Positions 9,929 to 19,511 of a DNA stretch of 64,000 bases are shown here, piece by piece. Source of the stretch: an uncultured Nitrospiraceae bacterium (GTDB lineage Bacteria > Nitrospirota > Thermodesulfovibrionia > Thermodesulfovibrionales > UBA6898). Within the stretch, counting starts at the first letter, position 1, and each line of letters opens with the position of its first letter. The stretch spans positions 64,001-128,000 of the forward strand of contig CAWEQH010000008.1 of NCBI GenBank assembly GCA_963811165.1. Reading direction: 5' to 3'. Under the pieces are notes generated by a model that saw nothing but the letters and a program-made list of their open reading frames with translations, was not told the origin of the DNA and made no database searches. The position numbers were made by a program, and so were the translations under genes.

Positions 9929-10247
9929 TCCTCCTCTTTCTATATGAAAAAGCAGGATTTATCATGACCCTCAGTGCACTTGAGGTTCAATCCATTTTGT
10001 TACGTATAGCACCGACAAAGAAATAGTTATAGGAAATTGAAACAATTGAAGATTACCGTGAAAACAGACACAAAAAGGGCGAGTAATTTACATCTCGCCC
10101 CTGTATGGGTTATTTTAGAAAGTTCTTTTATTTGTAAGCTCTTACTCTGTCTCCTTAGATAGTCACTCGACCCAAGCTCTGCAAGAACATGAAGATTATC
10201 GCGCCCGCTTGGAAAGCGTGGAGATGGCAGTGGCAAAGTCCATCCCG

Positions 10248-10288
10248 GTGATATAAGGGTCTAATGGTCCCATGCCGTCTTATATCAC
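10248..10288 (-). terminator. Hairpin downstream of the secreted-protein gene
   Basis: GTGATATAAG...CTTATATCAC perfect 10-bp arms. Confidence 0.4.
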
Positions 10289-10294
10289 TTTAGA

Positions 10295-11343
10295 TCAATA
10301 ACACTGCCATAGTACCCTGTACTGGTTTGAGGCCGTACCTTGATCATACAGGATAGTTGGTATGCATCATCCTGACTGAAGGTTGGCCCGTATAGAGGGC
10401 ACAATGGCAATTATCTCATTGGTCTGCCCCGATGACCAATTCCAGAAGAAGACACCGCCGCCTGTTGCCCTTGTCCAATCCTGCCCCTGCCCGTAGCCGT
10501 GTGCTGCAAATTCAGCATTATAATCCGCAAGGGTAGGCCATGCAGGAGAAGCACCGTGATTCATGCTTTTTACAAGCAACTGCCCATCGCCGCCTGTCAG
10601 GCGCACATTTATCATGATTATGTTCAGCCACGTATTAAGAGAAGTGCTGCAACCACCAGCAGGAGTGGTAAGGTTGAAATACTGCATTTCGTGCGAAGCC
10701 AATGTCACAGAGTATTCCTGGTTTATCGCCATGTTTATCGGTGGGGCGGCCTGGCCGTCGGTTTCCAGGGCAATAATACCCGAATTAATACCAATAAAGA
10801 ATTGAGAGTTGAAATCGAGCCATGAAGGAATACTACTTATTGTCCCGGATACTGTTTGTCCTTGATAAATATAATCACATCCGTTCCAACCCCCCGAAAA
10901 TGTTATGAGGGCAGTATTAGTATCGGCCCCAAATGTGCTCAAGTCAAAAGTGTAGTTGCCCTGCATAAATCTATAATCCCCGGCCACACAAACAAAAGGA
11001 TTCCCTGTGCCCGGACTAAAGGAAATATTGAATGTCTGATCCGCATTAGACTTTAATGTCACATAATAAGAGGTAGAATCATCGACAACCAAAAAATTCC
11101 AAGTTTTCTCTATAACAGCAACTTCCCGGCCATAAGCAGTCGGGACAAGATCAGTTGATTGGGATCCCATTTTAAATCTGCCCAATATTTACCGGGCTTC
11201 CCAATAACAGTAACACCCGAAGCACGGATAGATGTTGAATCCTTGACCTGGATGCTCGCGCCAGTAAGATCGATATCGAACACTCCGAAGGCCATACCAG
11301 ACAACGAAAAAAGAATGATGGCAACTAAAAAGAACTTCTTCAC
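10295..11343 (-). CDS. Secreted hypothetical protein, frameshifted
   Basis: GTG 11343 after AAGGAGGAG RBS, signal peptide MKKFFLVAIILFSLSGMAFG; continues into ORF 10367-11185 via a shift near 11150; probable further shifts near 10400-10350 to a stop at 10295. Confidence 0.65.
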
Positions 11344-11429
11344 TTTGCTCCTCCTTAAGCTCCGATTGTTTATCGCACCCGGTTCATGTCTATCACAATA
11401 CTCATTGTAGCAGAGCAAGACTCAAGAAA

Positions 11430-11452
11430 GATTCCCGGCAGGCGGGAATGAC
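11430..11452. repeat. REP-like palindrome (ATTCCC-N7-GGGAAT)
   Basis: GATTCCCGGCAGGCGGGAATGAC, intergenic. Confidence 0.55.
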
Positions 11453-11566
11453 AGAAAATAATGTAAGAATATTTCAATGACTTATTCCATATTCGTCAGA
11501 GCATATGCTCTCCGAAAACCGGCGGGTCCCCTTGCGAAACAATCCTTCCAGTCTTTAAAATGGTCT

Positions 11567-13243
11567 ATGCCGATAATAAAGGTCCTTCCTGTAGACGTAA
11601 GAAATAAGATAGCCGCCGGAGAAGTGGTAGAGCGGCCGGCCTCGGTGGTAAAGGAGCTCATAGAAAACGCCATAGACGCCGGGAGTACGGAGATCAGGAT
11701 CGATGTGCTTTCCGGCGGGAAGCGGATGATTAAGGTCTCCGATAACGGTTCGGGGATGGAAAGGGAGGACGCCATCCTCTGTTTCGAACGTCACGCAACA
11801 AGCAAGCTTCTAAGCGAGAGAGACCTCTTTGATATAAGGACACTTGGATTTAGGGGGGAGGCCCTCCCCTCTATCGCATCGGTCTCGAAGATAAAGCTCG
11901 TGACCGGGCTGAAAGGTTCCGATACCGGCATCGCCTTGGAACTTCACGGCGGCCAGATGAAGGAGGAAAGGGAATCTGCCTTCTCAGGGACTTCTGTTGA
12001 GATAAGGGACCTCTTTTTTAATACTCCGGCAAGAAAAAAATTCCTCAAGTCAACCACGACGGAGGCCCTTCATATTGTCGACATCGTGACAAGGGAGTCG
12101 CTCTCTCATAGCGGCATCCATTTTGTGCTGTTTACCGAAGGCCGGGAGACGATGCTTTTGCCCAGGGCATCCGGTTTCAGGGAGCGGATAATGCAGATCT
12201 ACGGCGAAGAGTTTGCCCGGGGGCTTGCCGAGGTCTCTGGGGAGCAGGAAGGAATGCGGCTGCAGGCCTTTATTTCGAAGTCCGGCAACTTCAGAAACAG
12301 CAGGTCCCATCAATTCATATTCGTCAACGACCGCCCGATAAAAGACCAGTCTCTTACCCATGCGGTGTACGGCGCATACGAGGGGATACTCCCCAGTGAC
12401 AAACATCCGGTATTCTTTCTCTTCCTCGAACTGGACCCTGAAAGGGTCGATTTTAACGTCCATCCTACAAAGCGGGAAGTGAGGTTTGAGGAAAAGGAGA
12501 GGATCTATAGGTTCATAAATTCCCATGTGAGGGAGGCCGTAAAAAGCGAGAGGAAGGATTTTACTGGACCTTTTCTTGAACCTTCCGGCGGCAAAGAAGA
12601 GAAATTCCAAACCCCTTATCCTTCCCATTTTTCTCAGGCCTTCCCCGGGACCGCGATATCGGAGGATATCGAACTGGCATATAAACCCGAGCTGCCTTTT
12701 ATTTATCTCGGCGACACGTTCATCGCGCTTTCGGGAAAGGGCGGGCTCACCCTTATAGACCACCATGCCGCACACGAAAGGGTGCTCTATGAAAGGCTTC
12801 TGAGAGGCGTCAGGTTGCAGCCCCTTCATCTTCTTTTCCCTCAGCAGGTGAAGCTCTCGCACGGGGAGTACAGGGTAGTGCTCGAAAATAAGAGTGTCTT
12901 ACAGGAATTGGGTATTGAGCTGGATGATTTCGGGCACGACACGATTGTCGTTCGCTCGGTCCCTCACGATCTGGGGGAGGCGGACTTAAGAGGGACGCTC
13001 TCCGATGCAGCATCAGTCTTTACCGGAGAACCCAGAAGAGGGATGTCTCTTAAGGAGTCCCTTGCCGCCAGTATCGCCTGTCATAGTTCTGTACGCGGCA
13101 AGGAGATATTGAGCCGTGAAGAGGTTTCAAGACTGCTTGCGGACCTTGAACAGACGGAGTACCCCGACCAATGCCCTCACGGAAGACCCACGAGGATATT
13201 TTATTCCCTCGACGACCTCAAAAAGATGTTCAAAAGGAAATGA
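11567..13243 (+). CDS. mutL: DNA mismatch repair protein MutL
   Basis: KIAAGEVVERPASVVKELIEN, GFRGEAL, DHHAAHER, CPHGRP; start revised to ATG 11567. Confidence 0.97.
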   Translation: MPIIKVLPVDVRNKIAAGEVVERPASVVKELIENAIDAGSTEIRIDVLSGGKRMIKVSDNGSGMEREDAILCFERHATSKLLSERDLFDIRTLGFRGEALPSIASVSKIKLVTGLKGSDTGIALELHGGQMKEERESAFSGTSVEIRDLFFNTPARKKFLKSTTTEALHIVDIVTRESLSHSGIHFVLFTEGRETMLLPRASGFRERIMQIYGEEFARGLAEVSGEQEGMRLQAFISKSGNFRNSRSHQFIFVNDRPIKDQSLTHAVYGAYEGILPSDKHPVFFLFLELDPERVDFNVHPTKREVRFEEKERIYRFINSHVREAVKSERKDFTGPFLEPSGGKEEKFQTPYPSHFSQAFPGTAISEDIELAYKPELPFIYLGDTFIALSGKGGLTLIDHHAAHERVLYERLLRGVRLQPLHLLFPQQVKLSHGEYRVVLENKSVLQELGIELDDFGHDTIVVRSVPHDLGEADLRGTLSDAASVFTGEPRRGMSLKESLAASIACHSSVRGKEILSREEVSRLLADLEQTEYPDQCPHGRPTRIFYSLDDLKKMFKRK

Positions 13244-14148
13244 AGCGGGTCATTATCCTTCTCGGGCCGACGGGAGTCGGCAAGACAGGCGCCTCTATAT
13301 TGCTTGCGCAAGCGCTCGGCACAGAGATAATCAGCGCAGACTCGATGCAGATATACAGGGGTATGGACATCGGTACCGCAAAGCCCTCGAAAGAGGAAAG
13401 GGCGGGCGTGAAACACCATATGATCGATATCGTCGATCCCACCGAGTCTTACAGTGCAGGGGAGTATATAAGGACGATCACCCCGATCATCGAGGACCTC
13501 CACGCCAGAGGGAAGGTGCCCCTTATGGTCGGGGGCACCGGTCTTTACATCAAGGCCGTTACGCGCGGTATCTTCGGAGGCCCTTCCGCAGATTGGGACC
13601 TCAGGGAGGAACTTCTGTCGGCCGAGGAGGCTGAGCAGGGCTCCCTGTATGCATATCTTTTGAAGGTCGACCCGGATGCGGCCGTCAGGATCGAGCGTAA
13701 CGATACCAGGCGGATTGTGAGGGCATTGGAGGTTTGCCTGAGAGGCAAAGACAGGATTTCAGTCCTTCAGGACAGGCTGACAAGGCCCCTTCCCTACGAC
13801 TTCGTCAAGATCGGTCTTACGAGAGAAAGAAAGGAACTCTACAGGTTGATAGAGCGCCGGATTGAGCGCATGCTGGAGGCGGGGCTGATAGAAGAAGTGA
13901 AGGCCTTTATCGGAAAAACGCCTGACAGGACCCCACTTCAGGCGATAGGCTATAAAGAGATCGCGAGCTATTTAAGAGGCGAGATTCCGCTTGATGAGGC
14001 AGTCAGACTTGTCAAGAGGAACACCAGGAGATATGCCAAGAGGCAGTTCACGTGGTTCAAAAAGGAAGAGGGGATCAAGTGGATAGAGGTGACAAGGGTA
14101 TATAATAGCGGGGACGTTTTCAGAAAAATAATGAATACTCTTGAATAA
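13240..14148 (+). CDS. miaA: tRNA dimethylallyltransferase
   Basis: GPTGVGKT, DSMQIYRGMDIGTAKP, YAKRQFTWF; ATGA overlap with mutL. Confidence 0.97.
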   Translation: MKRVIILLGPTGVGKTGASILLAQALGTEIISADSMQIYRGMDIGTAKPSKEERAGVKHHMIDIVDPTESYSAGEYIRTITPIIEDLHARGKVPLMVGGTGLYIKAVTRGIFGGPSADWDLREELLSAEEAEQGSLYAYLLKVDPDAAVRIERNDTRRIVRALEVCLRGKDRISVLQDRLTRPLPYDFVKIGLTRERKELYRLIERRIERMLEAGLIEEVKAFIGKTPDRTPLQAIGYKEIASYLRGEIPLDEAVRLVKRNTRRYAKRQFTWFKKEEGIKWIEVTRVYNSGDVFRKIMNTLE

Positions 14149-14220
14149 TTAAGAAAAATATTTTATGGTAAATGAAAACTGTGAAGAGAAAAAACCAAAG
14201 AAAGATGAGGGTGGCAGGGG

Positions 14221-14457
14221 ATGACAAATAGCAAGAGCCAGAGTCTCCAGGACAATTACCTGAACCAGCTCAGGAAAGATAAAATACCCGTTGTGGTCTA
14301 TCTGACTAATGGTGTCCGCCTGAAAGGAGTAGTAAAGGCATTCGATAATTTCGTCATCCTTTTGAAGGAGGCGACCCAGCAGCTCGTCTATAAGCATGCG
14401 GTCTCCACTATCGTGCCTGAAAGGGACATAGATACACGGTTTGAGAACCAGCAGTGA
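14221..14457 (+). CDS. hfq: RNA chaperone Hfq
   Basis: [11 protein letters not shown]...[10 protein letters not shown]; conserved miaA-hfq order. Confidence 0.97.
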   Translation: MTNSKSQSLQDNYLNQLRKDKIPVVVYLTNGVRLKGVVKAFDNFVILLKEATQQLVYKHAVSTIVPERDIDTRFENQQ

Positions 14458-14848
14458 ACACAGCAACCCGTTTCCTACCGTAGACATCATCATCAAGTAC
14501 ATGGGGGGGATCGTTTTAATCAGGAGAAAGAACCCTCCTCCCGGCTGGGCCCTTCCCGGGGGGTTTGTCGATTACGGGGAGACCCTCGAGGATGCCGCGG
14601 TGCGGGAGGCGAGGGAAGAGACGGGACTCGATGTGAGGCTGCTTCGGCAGTTTCACAGCTATTCAGACCCCGGCCGGGACCCGAGATTTCATACCATATC
14701 GACGGTGTTTTTGGCTGAGGCCGCGGGGCAGGCCTTGGCAGGAGACGATGCAGCAGAAATCGGCGTTTTCAGCGCCGCGGAGCTGCCTGACAACCTGGCT
14801 TTCGACCACAGGCAGATACTAGAAGATTACATTACAGGGAGGTATTGA
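14441..14848 (+). CDS. NUDIX hydrolase
   Basis: Nudix box [24 protein letters not shown]. Confidence 0.92.
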   Translation: MRTSSEHSNPFPTVDIIIKYMGGIVLIRRKNPPPGWALPGGFVDYGETLEDAAVREAREETGLDVRLLRQFHSYSDPGRDPRFHTISTVFLAEAAGQALAGDDAAEIGVFSAAELPDNLAFDHRQILEDYITGRY

Positions 14849-14852
14849 TCAG

Positions 14853-15527
14853 ATGCTCAAGGTTATGCGGCACCACGCAAAATACTTTTATGTGCTTTTT
14901 TTCATCGTGATACTTTCGTTCATTTTCTGGGGAGTAGGCTCGGTGGATAAGACAGATAGGAGAGACGTCGTAGCGGAAGTCGGGAAATACAAGATAACGG
15001 GCGAAGAGTACTCGCGGACCTATGGCAGGATGTTCGATTTCTACAGGGACATGTACAAGGAAAAATTCGACGAGGAGATGCAAAAAAAGCTCAACCTCAA
15101 GGAAGGCGTACTGTATTCGCTTGTCAACAACAGGGTGCTCCTCATCGCTGCTAAAGAAAACGGCATTACGGTCACCGACGATGAGCTCAATGAGGCGATA
15201 AAGAACGAGCCGGCTTTTACAAAAAACGGATCTTTTGACATGGAGGTCTATCAAAACAGGCTAAGACTGATGAGGCTCACTCCCGAGGCTTTTGAGGCCG
15301 CAAAAAAACAGGAACTGATCCTGGCAAAAATGAGACGGTTTATCGAACTGTCGGCGCCCGTGCCTACGGCTGATGAACTTGCAAAGATCTCGGGCCAAGA
15401 TGATCAGGCCACGAAGGCGCTTCAGGAGGCGATGGTCGAGAATGCAAAGACGACCGCGCTGAGGGCCTATATCGAGGGGGTAAAGAAGGGTCTTAAGATC
15501 AAGCTCTATACGGACCGTATATCGTGA
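14853..15527 (+). CDS. SurA/PpiD N-terminal-domain protein
   Basis: N-terminal TM anchor, VAEVGKYKIT, GITVTDDEL; no parvulin domain. Confidence 0.8.
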   Translation: MLKVMRHHAKYFYVLFFIVILSFIFWGVGSVDKTDRRDVVAEVGKYKITGEEYSRTYGRMFDFYRDMYKEKFDEEMQKKLNLKEGVLYSLVNNRVLLIAAKENGITVTDDELNEAIKNEPAFTKNGSFDMEVYQNRLRLMRLTPEAFEAAKKQELILAKMRRFIELSAPVPTADELAKISGQDDQATKALQEAMVENAKTTALRAYIEGVKKGLKIKLYTDRIS

Positions 15528-16489
15528 AGGGGAAAACCCCGAGGGACATCGGCTGGCTGAGACGTATATCAGCCTTCTCACCTTCGAGGATCATCCTCAC
15601 TTCAAACAATTACCGCATCTTCGATTACCTTGACGGCAGGGGCAGGACCGCTGCGGCGCTTTCCAAAATAATCAGGACTGACGGAAGGGCGACCGAACTT
15701 CTCTTAAACAGCCTTGCGGCAATCGGGCTTTTGGAAAAGAGGGGCGGAAATTACAGGAATGCCTGGGTCGCGTCGCGATATCTCGTAAAGGGAAAGGCTG
15801 ATTACCAGGGAGATATCCTTACGCATAATGATGTTCTCTGGGACAACTGGTCCGGTCTGGACGAGGTGGTAAAGACCGGCAGGCCCTATCGAAAAGCGCA
15901 CGATCATGAGTCTTTTATCCTCGGCATGCATAATCTGGCCCTGCAAAAAGTCAAGGGGGTCATGAAGAATCTCGACCTAAAAGGGATGAAAAAGGTATTG
16001 GACCTCGGTGGGGGGCCCGGTACCTATTCGTTGGCTTTTGCGAAGAAAAAAATGGACGTGACGCTCCTCGATTTTCCTGATACCCTTAGAATCTCAAAGA
16101 GGGTAATTACTTCAGCCGGGATGGAAAAAGATATAAGACTTCTTCCCGGCGATTTCATGAAGGACAAGCTTGGCAGCGGATATGACATGATCTTTATTTC
16201 ACAGATATTTCACGCCTACGGCCCTGATGAGTGCACCGCCCTGCTCAGAAAGTGCCGCGCCTCTTTGCAAAAAGGAGGGCGCGTCGTCGTCCAGGAATTT
16301 TATCTTGAGGAGTCGAGGACCAGTCCCCTCCAAGGTGCGGTATTTGCGATCAATATGCTGGTGAATACTCCGCACGGGAGGACTTATACTCCCAATGAGA
16401 TGTCTGCCTGGATGAAAAGGGCGGGTTTTACAGGCATAGCGAAAAAGATCCTCGATGAGACCGTGTTGATGATTGGGACGAAGAAGTAG
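15524..16489 (+). CDS. SAM-dependent O-methyltransferase with dimerisation domain
   Basis: VLDLGGGPG, GDFM, IFISQIFH motifs. Confidence 0.88.
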   Translation: MKGKTPRDIGWLRRISAFSPSRIILTSNNYRIFDYLDGRGRTAAALSKIIRTDGRATELLLNSLAAIGLLEKRGGNYRNAWVASRYLVKGKADYQGDILTHNDVLWDNWSGLDEVVKTGRPYRKAHDHESFILGMHNLALQKVKGVMKNLDLKGMKKVLDLGGGPGTYSLAFAKKKMDVTLLDFPDTLRISKRVITSAGMEKDIRLLPGDFMKDKLGSGYDMIFISQIFHAYGPDECTALLRKCRASLQKGGRVVVQEFYLEESRTSPLQGAVFAINMLVNTPHGRTYTPNEMSAWMKRAGFTGIAKKILDETVLMIGTKK

Positions 16490-16526
16490 AGTTGGGTTGT
16501 GTTCGTAGTGCGGTTCTCTCCTGTTG

Positions 16527-16967
16527 CTAGTTTTTCTCGATGGCAGACTCTACGGTCTCTTCCCCGCGGACTTCTTTGTACCGGGAGACCCTGTACCGGG
16601 AATGGGCGGCACTTTTGTGGTCATAAAGGTAGATCGTGTCTCCCCTGACGTTACCGATATAGTATGCGGAGCTGCCGCAGACATGGACGATGAAGGTCTT
16701 GAGGTTGACGAAGATCTCTATGGAGTAGCCTGACCCGGAAGTAAATCGGTAGCTGCAGTCGTTGGCATAGCCGGGGATGTAGTCCTTATGCTGCTCGTCG
16801 AATTCCCTGAGGAACCCTTCAGTGATAAGCGCTGCCATATCGATCTCAGCCGATCCTGAGACATCATAGAGGACGGCTATTTTTTTGCCGGTAATAAGGC
16901 GGCAGACTATATAGGCAATGCCGGCGTGCGTGAATTGGCTCATGATTTCATCTCCTAAATATTCCAT
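16527..16967 (-). CDS. Hypothetical protein
   Basis: Open frame downstream of nrdJ with GAGGGG RBS before ATG 16967. Confidence 0.65.
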   Translation of the reverse strand: MEYLGDEIMSQFTHAGIAYIVCRLITGKKIAVLYDVSGSAEIDMAALITEGFLREFDEQHKDYIPGYANDCSYRFTSGSGYSIEIFVNLKTFIVHVCGSSAYYIGNVRGDTIYLYDHKSAAHSRYRVSRYKEVRGEETVESAIEKN

Positions 16968-17032
16968 GTCCCCTCTATCCACTCCTCGGGCCCTTCAGGA
17001 TGTTTTACTATAAGACCTCATAGTTCACCTTC

Positions 17033-19267
17033 TCAGCCGCATTTCGTGAATCCGCAGCTACGGCAGACCGCGCACCCTCCTTCGTGCTCTACCGCTCCGC
17101 CGCATTCGGGACACTGTCCTATGCGCATTATCTCGCCATGGCCGTTGCCGCCGTTGCCGTTGCCCTTTTCGCCCCTCTGGAGATATTTTTCCAGGGCCTT
17201 CGCGATCGCGTCCGAGCAGGAAGTGATCTTGCCGCCGTTTGCCCATGTCTGCTCATGGCAGGTGATGCCCTTGAGCTGGCTGATTATTACTTCCGGTTCT
17301 ATATTGGATCGGAGGGCCAGGCTTACGAGTCTGCCTATCGCCTCCGCCTGGCTTGCGGCGCATCCCCCGGCCTTGCCCATATGGGTGAAGAGTTCGAAGA
17401 CCTGGCCGTTTTCGTCCTCATTTACCGTTATATAAATGTTGCCGCAACCGGTCTTCATGCCTCTTGTCTCGCCCTTAATGTTCTCGGGCCTCTTCCTCGG
17501 CACGATCTTCATCTGTTCCGGGCGGACGGGCTCCGTCTCTTTATTCGTCTTGCCGGTAGAGAGTACCTGGTCTTCCCTAGAACCATCGCGATAGACGGTG
17601 ACGCCCTTGCAATTAAGCGTATAGGCGAGCATGTAAACGTCCTCCACGTCATTAGGTGAGGCGTCATGGGAGAAGTTGACCGTCTTAGAAACCGCGTTGT
17701 CTACATATTTCTGGAAGGCGGCCTGCATGGCGATATGCTCCATAGGTGAAATGTCGTGAGCGGTCACGAATACCGCCTTGACGTCCTCGGGTATCTCCGT
17801 GAAGTCATGGAGGGAGCCTTTGTCTGCGATCCTCTCCATGAGGTCTCTCGACCAGAAGCCGCGCTCTTTCGCGACTTTTTCGAAATATGGGTTGACCTCG
17901 AGGAGCTTTGTCCCTTCCATCACATTTCGAACAAATGAGACGGCAAAGAGCGGCTCTATGCCCGAGGAGCATGAAGCGATAATCGAGAGCGTTCCCGTCG
18001 GTGCGATCGTCGTCACGGTTGCGTTTCTTAACCGCGCCTTCCCGCTGAATATACTGCCTTCATAGTTTGGGAAGACGCCTCTGTCTTCGGCGAGGGCAGC
18101 CGATGCAGACTTTCCTTCCCTTTGTATGAACCCCATGACCTCTTCGGCGAGATGTATCGCACTGTCGGAGTTATAGGGGATGTTCATCTGTATGAGCATA
18201 TCGGCAAATCCCATCACGCCGAGGCCTATCTTCCTGTTGGATTTAGTGACCTCATCGATCTTCTTAATAGGGTATTTGTTTACGTCAATTACGTTATCGA
18301 GGAAGTGGACCGCCTTCCATACGGTCCGCTTCATCTTTTCGTAGTCGACGGCACTGTCTTTGACCATCTTTGCGAGGTTTATCGACCCCAGATTGCAGGA
18401 CTCAAAAGGCAGAAGAGGCTGTTCGCCGCAGGGGTTTGTTGACTCGATCCGTCCTATCTTCGGTGTGGGATTGGACTTGTTGATCCTATCAATAAAGACA
18501 ATGCCGGGCTCGCCGTTTTTCCATGCGTGGGTAACGATCAGGTCGAAGACCTCCTTTGCCCTGAGGCTATGCACCACCTTCTTCGTCCTGGGGTTTATAA
18601 GGTCGTATTTGTCGTCTTCTTTCACGGCCTTCATGAATTCGTCGGTGATGGCGACGGAGATGTTGAAGTTATTGAAACGGGAGTTATTGTCCTTTGCGGT
18701 AATGAAATTGAGGATGTCGGGATGGTCTACGCGCAGTATCCCCATGTTGGCACCGCGCCTTGTACCGCCCTGTTTCACCGCCTCCGTTGCGGTATCGAAG
18801 ACCGTCATGAAGGATATTGGCCCAGAGGATACGCCCTTCGTAGACCCCACAATGTCGCCGCTGGGTCTCAGATTTGAAAAACTGAACCCTGTTCCCCCTC
18901 CCGATTTGTGTATAATCGCCGTATTTTTGACCGCATCGAAGATCGACTCCATAGAATCATCAACCGGCAGCACAAAGCATGCGGAGAGCTGGCCGAGTCT
19001 CCTTCCGGCATTCATAAGCGTAGGGCTGTTGGGAAGAAAGTCGAGGGATGTGATGATCGAATAGAACTCCTCCTCAAGGAGCACTACGTCGGCCTCAGAT
19101 TTGCCGTATTTCATATCTGCAGAGGCTATTGTCTTTGCGATTCGCCTGAAGAGTTCTTCGGCGGTTTCGATAACTTTTCCATCTTCGTTTTTTTTCAGAT
19201 ACCTCTTCTCAAGGACTTTTAACGAGTTGGGCGTGAGATTGATTTTAGAAGAAAAAGAAGTTTCCAT
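17033..19267 (-). CDS. nrdJ: Class II (adenosylcobalamin-dependent) ribonucleotide reductase
   Basis: PNSPTLMNAG, LSACFV, TNPCGEQPL, TIAPTGT, C-terminal TSCSD and Cys ribbon; no nrdB alongside. Confidence 0.93.
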   Translation of the reverse strand: METSFSSKINLTPNSLKVLEKRYLKKNEDGKVIETAEELFRRIAKTIASADMKYGKSEADVVLLEEEFYSIITSLDFLPNSPTLMNAGRRLGQLSACFVLPVDDSMESIFDAVKNTAIIHKSGGGTGFSFSNLRPSGDIVGSTKGVSSGPISFMTVFDTATEAVKQGGTRRGANMGILRVDHPDILNFITAKDNNSRFNNFNISVAITDEFMKAVKEDDKYDLINPRTKKVVHSLRAKEVFDLIVTHAWKNGEPGIVFIDRINKSNPTPKIGRIESTNPCGEQPLLPFESCNLGSINLAKMVKDSAVDYEKMKRTVWKAVHFLDNVIDVNKYPIKKIDEVTKSNRKIGLGVMGFADMLIQMNIPYNSDSAIHLAEEVMGFIQREGKSASAALAEDRGVFPNYEGSIFSGKARLRNATVTTIAPTGTLSIIASCSSGIEPLFAVSFVRNVMEGTKLLEVNPYFEKVAKERGFWSRDLMERIADKGSLHDFTEIPEDVKAVFVTAHDISPMEHIAMQAAFQKYVDNAVSKTVNFSHDASPNDVEDVYMLAYTLNCKGVTVYRDGSREDQVLSTGKTNKETEPVRPEQMKIVPRKRPENIKGETRGMKTGCGNIYITVNEDENGQVFELFTHMGKAGGCAASQAEAIGRLVSLALRSNIEPEVIISQLKGITCHEQTWANGGKITSCSDAIAKALEKYLQRGEKGNGNGGNGHGEIMRIGQCPECGGAVEHEGGCAVCRSCGFTKCG

Positions 19268-19325
19268 GTCCTATCCCCCGGGTCTCTTAATTTAATAGTT
19301 TACTGCCATTATTAGAAATGATGGC

Positions 19326-19379
19326 TTACAACAATTTGTATGTTTAAAGAATTAAACCACAACATATTGTGCATGTCAA
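19326..19379 (-). promoter_or_regulatory. Sigma70 promoter of nrdJ with two NrdR boxes
   Basis: TTGACA-N17-TTTAAT (19379-19351); palindromes TTACAACAATTTGTAT (19326-19341) and CCACAACATATTGTGC (19357-19372) 31 bp apart. Confidence 0.8.
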
Positions 19380-19511
19380 GACAAAAAAAAAGAAAAAATC
19401 AACCATTTGATTTTTAATAATTTTTCCAGTGAAATGCCTGTTTGCTATTTGTCAGTTCAAAATCACGGCCGATCATGTATTATAACGAATGGCCGGAAAA
19501 GGTTGCCAGTT

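Larger units (their letters stand above)
7966..10010. mobile_element. 2,045-bp element with two tandem tyrosine recombinases between perfect 16-bp terminal inverted repeats
   Basis: GCTATACGTAACAAAA (7966-7981) and TTTTGTTACGTATAGC (9995-10010) bracket exactly the two integrase genes. Confidence 0.8.

Noticed and set aside
10367..10369. UGA followed by an open frame in the secreted protein, as a possible Sec codon
   Set aside because: No SECIS-like hairpin at the right spacing, and the gene already shows frameshifts that explain it
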